Below the pieces are notes generated by a model. That model saw nothing but the letters and a program-made list of their open reading frames with translations. It was not told the DNA's origin and made no database searches. A DNA stretch of 64,000 nt from Cyanophyceae cyanobacterium. GTDB lineage: Bacteria; Cyanobacteriota; Cyanobacteriia; Cyanobacteriales; JBHJGN01. The stretch is from NCBI GenBank assembly GCA_050331735.1, contig JBHJGN010000022.1:32001-96000 (forward strand). Direction: 5' to 3'. Shown piece by piece: positions 10,242 to 18,720 of this stretch. The position numbers were made by a program, and so were the translations under genes. Numbering within the stretch: the stretch's first letter is position 1; the number at the start of each line of letters is the position of its first letter.

Positions 10242-10811
10242 ATGACCGTTGGTATAAACAAGGCTAGTATGAACCTGATGAGCCCCAAGCAGAGCCAGAC
10301 GGCTGGCACTCCCTGCGTTTTAGCCGTAGACGACTGTGAAGATAACTTGGTCATTCTCTCCCATGTGCTGGAGACCCTCGGGTGTTTTCCAATAACGGCG
10401 ACGACTAGTGAAGCTGCCCTCTCTCTCATTAGAGGTCATCAACCGCAATTGATTCTGCTGGATATTGTGCTCCCGGGAATAGACGGGATCGCTCTAATTC
10501 ATTGCCTCAAGCAGGAAAAAACAGTCAGCCAAGTGCCTGTCATTGCCGTTACGGGGCTGGCTTTCAAGGACGAAAAAAGACGCATTTTGGAGGCTGGCTT
10601 CGATGCTTACGTGAGCAAACCGTACCTGCTCAGAGATTTAGAAGCGGCAATCTGCCATTATCTTAAGGTTCCGGGGCCAAACTTTTCGGCCAGTTGTTTG
10701 CCGGATTTAGAAGTCGGCGAAGTTTGGCCACCCGGAGAGTGCCTCCCCCGCCAAACTTTAAAGGGACTCTTCGAGAATTCCTCCGGGGAACCAACGGCTG
10801 CTTTGAGCTAG
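10242..10811 (+). CDS. Single-domain response regulator (DivK/CheY-like)
   Basis: VDD, LLDIVLP, AVTG and SKP receiver motifs. Confidence 0.85.
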   Translation: MTVGINKASMNLMSPKQSQTAGTPCVLAVDDCEDNLVILSHVLETLGCFPITATTSEAALSLIRGHQPQLILLDIVLPGIDGIALIHCLKQEKTVSQVPVIAVTGLAFKDEKRRILEAGFDAYVSKPYLLRDLEAAICHYLKVPGPNFSASCLPDLEVGEVWPPGECLPRQTLKGLFENSSGEPTAALS

Positions 10812-10843
10812 CTCGAGCTAACCCAAGCCTCCCGCTGTGGACC

Positions 10844-11542
10844 CTAGCCAACTAAGCCAGAGCGTAACGCTCGCACCGCGGCCTGAGTGCGGTCATCAGC
10901 ACAGAGCTTGCTGAGAATGTTGCGAACGTGAGTTTTGACGGTACCAACAGTAATAAATAGCTTATCAGCGATTTGAGCGTTGCTGCATCCCGCAACAATC
11001 AGCTCGAGAACTTCTAACTCTCGATCGGTCAGGGGATAGGTTTCTAGTACCTGCTTATATTCGGGTTTAACAGAATCAATTGTCGTCGTTTCCAGAGGAA
11101 CCCCACGCCGTTCTGCCGGTTGATTTCGATGTAAAACAATGCGAGCGATCGCCGGATCGATCCAGGCGTTTCCCTCGTTGGTAACCTCAATAGCCTGCAC
11201 CAAATTATCTAGACTGACGTCTTTGAGGCTGTAAGAATCTGCCCCAGCAGCAAAAGCCGCTAAGACAGCATCTTCATTCTTGTGCATCGTCAGAATCAAA
11301 ACTTTAGTCAGCCCTTCTGGCTGAGCTTTTAGCATCTGAGTCAGCTCAATCCCGTCCACATCGGGAAGTCCGATATCGACAATCGCGACATCAGGTTTAG
11401 TCGCTGCCAGAAGCTGCAAACCGCGACGGGCATCAGCCGCATCGCCAACGACTTCAATGTTCTTGTACTGCTGCAGGGCAGCGCGCAAACCAACGCGGCT
11501 CAGATGGTGGTCTTCGATCAAAACAACGCGAATCTTATCCAT
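10844..11542 (-). CDS. NarL/LuxR family response regulator
   Basis: Receiver domain plus LuxR HTH (LTDRELEVL...TVKTHVRNILSKL). Confidence 0.95.
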   Translation of the reverse strand: MDKIRVVLIEDHHLSRVGLRAALQQYKNIEVVGDAADARRGLQLLAATKPDVAIVDIGLPDVDGIELTQMLKAQPEGLTKVLILTMHKNEDAVLAAFAAGADSYSLKDVSLDNLVQAIEVTNEGNAWIDPAIARIVLHRNQPAERRGVPLETTTIDSVKPEYKQVLETYPLTDRELEVLELIVAGCSNAQIADKLFITVGTVKTHVRNILSKLCADDRTQAAVRALRSGLVG

Positions 11543-11695
11543 TTCTATCCGTCGTCAATGAGGCGACTTTGAGTATCTTAAAGTTATTGATTGTATATAC
11601 GCCCATAGTAGTACAGAATGACGCCTCAAAGCTTTCTTTAGAAAGATGACAAGCGTCTCTTTCTAATCTTAAGTATTAGACGGTAGACCCAAATC

Positions 11696-13306
11696 ATGGT
11701 CGTTATGAACGCTCCGAGCTCGTCCGAACGGCATCATCCCCAAAACAGTCCGCCCCCCAAGCTCATCAGTGGTGACACCCGTCAGGACAAAGCGGCGAAC
11801 AAGGAAATTGAGCTGTATGAAGAAATTGTCAGAAATATGCAGTTCGGGATGTGTGTTTGGCGCCTAGAGAAGCTAGACGAGCTGCGGAGCTTCCGCCTTG
11901 TTGCTGTCAATCCTGCCGCTGCCCGAATTTTAGGCGTAGCCTTGGAAGAGTGCGTTGGCCAGAAAATTCAAGAGTGTTTTCCCAATGCGTTGAGTACGTT
12001 TCATCAAGAAGCTGTAGCTGCCTACGCTGAAGTCGTGCGGACTCAGCAAGCTCAAGAGCTGGGGGAAGTCTACTACGACGACGCTCGCGTTTCGGGGGGA
12101 GTGTTTGCCATCAAAGCGTTTCCTCTCCCCGGTCAGTGCGTCGGGGTTGCTTTTGAAGATATTACCGAACGGAAGCAGACTGAAGCAGCGTTAGCTGCGA
12201 GTGAACGACAGTACCGCACGGTCGTTAACAGCATTAAAGAAATTATTTTTCAAACCGACACCGCTGGCTGCTGGACATTCCTCAACCCTGCCTGGACAGA
12301 AATTACCGGTTTTGAGCTAGATGAGAGCCTCCAGACAGCTTTAACAGATTACATTTATGCTGAGGAAGACCAAAAGCGCTGTCGAGAGCGATTGGCGGCG
12401 TTAATCGCTGGAAAACAAGACTTTTTTCAATACGAGTTCCGTCTACTGACCCGCTGCGGCGATTTTCGCTGGCTAGAAATTGAAGCTCAGGCTTATCATA
12501 GCGAAGCAGGCAGCGTTTTAGGAACGTTTGGAACGATCATCGACACAACGGAGCGCAAGCAGACCGAGGCGGTGCTTCAGTCCCGTGCCGATGAATTGTC
12601 CCGCATCAATACAGTCCTTTTGGCAACGGCGGCTCAGCTCGAAAAACGCAATCAAGAATTAGACCAGTTTGCCTACGTCACCTCTCACGACCTCAAGGCT
12701 CCCCTGCGGGCGATCGCCAACCTCTCCCAGTGGATTGAAGAAGACCTCGCAGACCGCCTCGACGAGGATACTCGCCATCAGATGAGCCTGTTGCGGGGTC
12801 GAGTGCATCGGATGGAAGCGCTGATTAACGGACTTTTAGAGTATTCCCGTGTCGGTCGGCTCAAGAGCAAACCAGAAGCAATCGCGGTCGGCGCTTTGCT
12901 CAACGACGTGATTGATTCACTCTCTCCTCCTCAAGAATTTACCATCCTCATTGAGGAGATGCCGACCCTGAAGACGAGGCGATTGCCGCTCCAGCAGGTG
13001 TTTGCTAACCTAATTAGCAACGCGGTTAAACACCACGACCGCTCCACCGGGACGATCCGGATTTCTGGACAAGAGCAAGGCTCGCTGTACGAATTTGCCG
13101 TTAGTGACGATGGTCCGGGGATTGCTCCTGAATACCAGGAAAAAGTCTTTGCGATCTTCCAAACCCTAGAAGCTCGTGATAAAACAGAGAATACGGGAAT
13201 TGGTCTGTCTATTGTCAAGAAAATTGTCGAAAATCAAGGAGGAACGGTTCAGCTCACCTCTGAGCTAGGCAAAGGAACAACCTTTCGCTTTACCTGGCCG
13301 AAGTAA
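11696..13306 (+). CDS. PAS-PAS sensor histidine kinase
   Basis: Two PAS domains; H-box FAYVTSHDLKAPLR (phytochrome-like HK clade); N box, DDGPGI and GIGL motifs. Confidence 0.92.
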   Translation: MVVMNAPSSSERHHPQNSPPPKLISGDTRQDKAANKEIELYEEIVRNMQFGMCVWRLEKLDELRSFRLVAVNPAAARILGVALEECVGQKIQECFPNALSTFHQEAVAAYAEVVRTQQAQELGEVYYDDARVSGGVFAIKAFPLPGQCVGVAFEDITERKQTEAALAASERQYRTVVNSIKEIIFQTDTAGCWTFLNPAWTEITGFELDESLQTALTDYIYAEEDQKRCRERLAALIAGKQDFFQYEFRLLTRCGDFRWLEIEAQAYHSEAGSVLGTFGTIIDTTERKQTEAVLQSRADELSRINTVLLATAAQLEKRNQELDQFAYVTSHDLKAPLRAIANLSQWIEEDLADRLDEDTRHQMSLLRGRVHRMEALINGLLEYSRVGRLKSKPEAIAVGALLNDVIDSLSPPQEFTILIEEMPTLKTRRLPLQQVFANLISNAVKHHDRSTGTIRISGQEQGSLYEFAVSDDGPGIAPEYQEKVFAIFQTLEARDKTENTGIGLSIVKKIVENQGGTVQLTSELGKGTTFRFTWPK

Positions 13307-13572
13307 CTATCGTCAGTGACCAGTGACCAGATTAGCCAGCGCTTCGATAACTAATCACTGAATAAGCACTAATAGTCAGTCACGGGTTACTGCTAAAAAA
13401 TGCTGGTCACCGGGGGCAGCATTTCTAACTTAAGGTAGACGAGGCCGGCTCGTGGAGTTCTTACCAAATGCCGAAGACTCTCGGAGTTCTATTTTCTACA
13501 ATTTCAAGGTACGGAAGCTCGTCACAATCGCTAACTTAGTGCCGTTGTATTCCGGCATTCAGCATCAAGATT

Positions 13573-14001
13573 ATGGAAGACAGAATGATTAATATTCTGC
13601 TGGTCGAAGATGACGAAGTAGATGTCATGAACGTCAAACGAGCGTTTAGGAAAAGCAATATTTCTAACCCTCTGTACGTGGCAGACAATGGCATTAAGGC
13701 TCTTGAGATGCTGCGGACTCACGACGGAGCTGCTGCTGTGCCAGGAACTAGACGACTCATCTTGCTCGACCTCAATATGCCGAGAATGAGCGGACTGGAG
13801 TTTCTAAAAGAACTGCGGGCCGACCCAGCGCTAAAGGCTACTCCCGTGATTGTGCTCACGACCTCCGATGAGGATAAAGACCGAGTAGAAGCCTATAACT
13901 TAAACGTTGCCGGGTATATTCTCAAACCTGTAACATTTGCTAATTTTGCGGAGGCAATCGTGACTCTTAATAAGTATTGGGCGCTGTGCGAGATGCCATA
14001 G
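13573..14001 (+). CDS. Rcp1-like single-domain response regulator
   Basis: LLVEDD, LLDLNMP, LTTS and AGYILKP motifs; directly follows the phytochrome-clade HK. Confidence 0.92.
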   Translation: MEDRMINILLVEDDEVDVMNVKRAFRKSNISNPLYVADNGIKALEMLRTHDGAAAVPGTRRLILLDLNMPRMSGLEFLKELRADPALKATPVIVLTTSDEDKDRVEAYNLNVAGYILKPVTFANFAEAIVTLNKYWALCEMP

Positions 14002-14075
14002 CCCACTCTCGACCAACAGTACCTCCACGTTGGCTCGCCCCCTGATGCCAATGAGGTGCTCGGAAAATTCAGCAA

Positions 14076-15287
14076 ATGCTCATGAGCGAAACCTATAACA
14101 TTTTGGTGGTTGATGATGACGAAGTAGATCGGATGGCGGTCGGTCGTGCGTTGAAGAAGGCTGGCGTCCAGATGAATTTAGCAGAAGCGGTTGACAGCGC
14201 CACGGCGATCGCGACCCTGAAAGAAGAGCTGTTCGACTGCGTTTTCCTCGACTATCGTCTACCGGACCGTAGCGGTCTCGAGCTGATCAGGCAACTCCAG
14301 GCGCTCGGTTTGAAGGTTCCCCTGATTGTGCTAACCGGCCAGGGGGACGAGCAAATTGCCGTAGAATTGATGAAAGCGGGAGCTTCCGACTATCTCTCGA
14401 AATCGAGAGTCACCCCAGAAACACTCTCTTACGTCTTCCGCAACGCCATCAGAGTCCACCGCGCCGAGACACGAGCCGCTGTTGCTAATCAGCGGCTCCG
14501 GGAAAGCAACGAACTCCTCAGAGCGAAAAATCAGGAGCTAGATCGCCAGCGCCGCCAAATTGAGCAGCAAAACCGCAAGCTGTTAGAAGTCTCTCAGCTC
14601 AAATCTCAGTTTCTTGCCACGATGTCTCACGAGCTGCGTACGCCGATGAATGCGATTATGGGCTTTTCGCAGATGCTGCTGCTCGAGCGCTACGGTTCTC
14701 TAACGGGACACCAAAAAGATATGGTGGATCGCATTTTCAACAACGGTCAAAATCTGCTGACCATGCTCAATGAAGTCTTAGATTTTTCTAAAATTGAGGC
14801 GGGTCAGCTAGAGCTGGATTTGACAGAACTCAATTTGGCTCAGCTTGCTAGCATTACTGCCGAAGAACTCCGCTCTCTCGCCACCGAAAAACAGATTTCT
14901 TTGCACGTGGAGTCAAAACTAAAGAATCACGCTGTTGTTAACGACCGGAACTACCTGAAGCGCATTTTGACAAATTTGATCTCCAACGCCATCAAATTTA
15001 CCGAGCGGGGGGGAGTCTTTTTAGAAATTCGCGAACAAGACGATGATCGCATCGTGATTGCTGTTAGAGATACCGGCATTGGTATCGCTCCAGACCAGCT
15101 CAAGCACATCTTTGAAGCTTTTCGACAAGGCGATCAGTCCCTAACCCGCAAGCATTCGGGAACGGGTTTAGGACTCGCTATTACCGATTCTCTGGTAAAA
15201 ATGATGCGGGGAAAAATTTTGGTCGAAAGTCGCCTAGGAAAAGGGTCTCTATTTCAAGTCGAAATTCCTCGCATCCTCGAAACTTAG
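14076..15287 (+). CDS. Hybrid receiver-histidine kinase
   Basis: N-terminal receiver, coiled coil, MSHELRTP, NAIKFT and GTGLGL motifs. Confidence 0.92.
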   Translation: MLMSETYNILVVDDDEVDRMAVGRALKKAGVQMNLAEAVDSATAIATLKEELFDCVFLDYRLPDRSGLELIRQLQALGLKVPLIVLTGQGDEQIAVELMKAGASDYLSKSRVTPETLSYVFRNAIRVHRAETRAAVANQRLRESNELLRAKNQELDRQRRQIEQQNRKLLEVSQLKSQFLATMSHELRTPMNAIMGFSQMLLLERYGSLTGHQKDMVDRIFNNGQNLLTMLNEVLDFSKIEAGQLELDLTELNLAQLASITAEELRSLATEKQISLHVESKLKNHAVVNDRNYLKRILTNLISNAIKFTERGGVFLEIREQDDDRIVIAVRDTGIGIAPDQLKHIFEAFRQGDQSLTRKHSGTGLGLAITDSLVKMMRGKILVESRLGKGSLFQVEIPRILET

Positions 15288-15361
15288 TCCGCAAGACTCA
15301 TTCATCGTTGATCGGGAATCGATAAAATCGATACAATTATTCATCGAAAATTTCCCAATGT

Positions 15362-16444
15362 ATGTTTGCTCAAGAGTTTAAGACGAACTATATACTCGCC
15401 GTTGATGATACCCCAGACAATTTATTTCTCGTTCAGTTAGCCCTGGAACAGGAAGGACACCAGGTCCACTGCGTTAACGATGGCTATGCAGCGTTAGAAA
15501 AAATTACCGAACATCCCCCAGCCTTAGTCGTCTTAGATGTGATGATGCCCGGAATCGACGGCTATGAGGTGACGCGGCGCATTCGCAACAATCCAAATTT
15601 TCCCTTTATTCCCATTTTGTTGATTACCGCCCATGAACAGTCGGACGTCGTGAAAGGCTTAGACTTCGGAGCCGATGAGTTTATTCGCAAGCCGGTTAAG
15701 GTCGAAGAACTTCAGGCCAGAGTGCGCTCTCTCCTGCGCCTCAAGCACAGTATCGATCAGCGAGAAAACTTTGTCTCCTGCCTGACTCACGATCTGCGAA
15801 CTCCGCTCGTTGCAGCCGATCGAATGTTAATGCTGCTCAAGCGAGGAGTTTATGGGGAAGTCACTCCCTCAATGGAGGAGGCGCTGAGTACGATAATCGG
15901 CAGCAATCAAAATTTGCTGCAGATGCTTAATACACTACTCGAAGTTTACTGCTACGATGTCGGCCAGAAAATCCTCAGCTTTATTTCCTTTGATCTCCGA
16001 GAACTGGCAGTCGAGGTGGTGAGCGAACTCTCTCTACTGGCTAAGGAGAAAGACATTGAGCTCAGACTCAGTGCAGACGCTATGCTAGACATCGAAGGCG
16101 ATCGCCTAGAGCTGCGTCGCATACTGACTAACCTTGTTGGCAACGCCATCAAGTTCACAGATACCGGCTTTGTGGAGGTGCGGCTGGCGACGTTTTCCGA
16201 GCCGCAGCCTTGGGTGGAGATAGAGGTCGAAGATACCGGCAGCGGGATCTCAACCGACGAGCAAAAAACGATTTTTGAGCAGTTCCGCAAGGGCAACCAC
16301 AAGCGTTCGGGCAGTGGACTTGGACTCTATCTTTGTCGCCAGATTGTGCAGTCTCATGGGGGCAGCATTAGCGTTCAGTCTCAACTGGGTCGAGGAACAA
16401 CGTTTTCGATTCACCTCCCCAAAACTCACGGCACTAAGAATTAA
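15362..16444 (+). CDS. Hybrid receiver-histidine kinase
   Basis: Receiver (LDVMMP), LTHDLRTP, NAIKFT and GSGLGL motifs. Confidence 0.92.
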   Translation: MFAQEFKTNYILAVDDTPDNLFLVQLALEQEGHQVHCVNDGYAALEKITEHPPALVVLDVMMPGIDGYEVTRRIRNNPNFPFIPILLITAHEQSDVVKGLDFGADEFIRKPVKVEELQARVRSLLRLKHSIDQRENFVSCLTHDLRTPLVAADRMLMLLKRGVYGEVTPSMEEALSTIIGSNQNLLQMLNTLLEVYCYDVGQKILSFISFDLRELAVEVVSELSLLAKEKDIELRLSADAMLDIEGDRLELRRILTNLVGNAIKFTDTGFVEVRLATFSEPQPWVEIEVEDTGSGISTDEQKTIFEQFRKGNHKRSGSGLGLYLCRQIVQSHGGSISVQSQLGRGTTFSIHLPKTHGTKN

Positions 16445-16573
16445 TTGGCCTCTACATCAACAAGCTGTAAAGACCAATGTTTGAGCCAGCAGGAGTCAGA
16501 GGGGTAAACACCTCCTGATTCACCAAGACTGACTCTAGCCAGAAACTATTCTGCTGACTGCCCTACTCGCGAC

Positions 16574-16909
16574 CTACCACCATTTCCGATTGCCTTCTTC
16601 ATCCACTCGAGCTTCTCGAATAACATCCTCAATCTCCTCAGCATCTTTGACATGGTGCAGCGCTTCTTCGTTGCCCTCTTCGCCTTCAGCAACAAAGTAA
16701 GTCGGTACTTTAACCTTTCCCACCGGATCCCAAGATTCGACCGCGACTTGTTCAGACTTTTCTTCAACAGACTGGGGTTTGTCAGCCATGCGATCGCCCG
16801 GATTGACCGTGGCTTCTTCGACGGTTTGATGCTCTTCAGCAGGAACTCGATTGGTGCTGTCCCCGTAGTCGTGTTTTCTAGCTTTATCTTCGCTTGGTTG
16901 ATGACTCAT
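16574..16909 (-). CDS. Small acidic hydrophilic hypothetical protein
   Basis: ATG at 16909 with AAGGA RBS; 111 aa, E/D-rich, ends GNRKWW. Confidence 0.65.
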   Translation of the reverse strand: MSHQPSEDKARKHDYGDSTNRVPAEEHQTVEEATVNPGDRMADKPQSVEEKSEQVAVESWDPVGKVKVPTYFVAEGEEGNEEALHHVKDAEEIEDVIREARVDEEGNRKWW

Positions 16910-17112
16910 GTTATTTGTCCTTTTTGGTTCTGCACTATTAAAGCGAACGTCGGTTCCCTTGCGCATCATCACTAGGTGGGAAAGCCCTAGAAAAACTTTC
17001 TGCCGATGGATATAATGCTAATTCAAAATCTTGATTTGGGCTGTGGTGCAAGAGCGAAACGTCCAACTAGCCTTGCTTGTTCTTGTCCGTAATGGCGACA
17101 GTGAGCCCCGGA

Positions 17113-17460
17113 TTATCTCCCCGAGCCCTCTCTTCTACTCCTAATTGTCTCTTCAACCCAAGTTCTGATCAGATAGGACAGGACTAAGTTCATCGGAATC
17201 TGCTTCTGCGTACAGAAGAGCTTAAACTCTCGCTTGAGAGAGCTAGGAATATATCCTTTAACAACTTTGATCTCTTGAAGAGGAGAAGGTAAATTACTGG
17301 GAATCTCGCGCTCAGATTCTACCAAATCATGAATTAATCTTTCTAACATATCGCTAATCGTGAGTTCGTTTTGAACACAGAGAAGCTTAAATTGCACCTT
17401 GAGAGAGCTAGCAACTGATGTTTTTATAACACTTTTTTCTTCCTGGTGATTGGCAGTCAT
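17113..17460 (-). CDS. Tandem ribbon-helix-helix (ParG/CopG-like) DNA-binding protein
   Basis: Two internal repeats, VIKTSVASSLKVQFKLLCVQNELTISDMLERLI and VVKGYIPSSLKREFKLFCTQKQIPMNLVLSYLI, each with a beta-alpha-alpha pattern. Confidence 0.7.
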   Translation of the reverse strand: MTANHQEEKSVIKTSVASSLKVQFKLLCVQNELTISDMLERLIHDLVESEREIPSNLPSPLQEIKVVKGYIPSSLKREFKLFCTQKQIPMNLVLSYLIRTWVEETIRSRREGSGR

Positions 17461-17609
17461 GTACTTGGTTCTAAAAGCGTGAAGTATCAATGTACCTTTA
17501 TGGTTATCAGGTATGTTGAGAATAACAAGCTAAAATAAGAAACATATTAAAAGAACTCAAAAATGCTCTCAGCAACTTAAAAGTCTTTAAAGAATTAAAC
17601 GATAGGTCA

Positions 17610-17863
17610 GAGCGGGATTCAACTAGCCCTGCCTGCTTGCTGACAGAGAGAAGCCTCTCTTGGGGGTTAGCTTGCTGAGGGAGTGACTCAGCAGGCCCGC
17701 TCGTCGAATCTGGCTTGGGCGACAAGCCAGCGCTCGGGAGAAGACGAGCGCTGTACTGAGAAAGAGAGGAGACGCTGAGCTGACTGAAAACAGTGAATGC
17801 CAGCAAGAGCGAGGGTCTGTATTTAGAGGCATCTACCACACTGCGCCCTCCACGGTGAGGGCG
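17610..17863 (+). ncRNA. Candidate structured RNA of unknown family
   Basis: At least six helices of 6-9 bp within ~250 nt; G-U pairs favour the + strand; no convincing ORF. Confidence 0.35.
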
Positions 17864-18720
17864 TTGCTGTCGGCCTTTGATGCTTGTGGTGCTTCTTCAA
17901 TACGTCACCAACAACACGGTCCGATTCGGATAGGTTTTCATCTCAAGCGGTTGATTTTGTCGACTTAAATATGCCAGGACTTTTTGCCGCTCAAACAGAT
18001 AATCTTTCTCTTTAAGTTCTCAAATTGATCTAGATTTAATCGGTCTAAAACTGTTTACTTGTAAATTGAAGAAGTTAACAACTCTAGACCAGCTAAAGTT
18101 TAAAATGCCGCAAGTTCTATCGCGCTGTTGTATTGAGCCACAGTTAGCATTTGAGCTTGCTCGAAGCAGCAGCCGGAGGAGGCTCCGGCTGACTGAGAAC
18201 ACCTGGCACAATCACTCAGGACGCCCGGAAGGAGCAGAAAGTGCTGACTAGATAGTTGGCGTCGCTTGCAGAGGCATAAGCTCAATCATCGGTGCTTAAA
18301 AAGACTCGACGCCACACCTGCCTCTGCGGACTACAGTCCGGCTAAGGGAACTCGAAGCACAAAACGCGATCTCTTGAAAATCAAAAAGCGTTACTGCCAA
18401 CAAAATTAGGAGTAAAACTCAAGCCGAGCTCGGGTACCCTCTATTGTCGTTCTCCGGTGAGCTTCCGAGCTTTCATGTCTAAGTCGCTGATGGTTGCAAC
18501 AGAGGAGTGCGGGCCAGAAAAACTTGGGTAGCTCATTCCAGATTGTCGCTCGTTTGCTAGCTGCTGAGTAGATTCCACCAGGTTATAAACCACTATAGAT
18601 CCCTATGGACCAGAAACAAACCCGAGAAATACGCTCTTTCTGGTTCAAAAAACCTAACTGATCGGGCTTTTGCGGCGATGAAGCAAAATTTCTCAAACTT
18701 AAAGCATTGAGCAACATGAT

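Noticed and set aside
17507..18285. Short ORFs 17507-17839, 17623-17832, 18020-18211, 18066-18251 and 18100-18285
   Set aside because: No recognisable motifs or clear RBS, and they overlap each other; the region is better explained as non-coding.
18257..18340. HDV-like ribozyme topology
   Set aside because: The helix order fits, but the P3/L3 size, the P1.1 GG, P4 and the catalytic J4/2 strand are absent.
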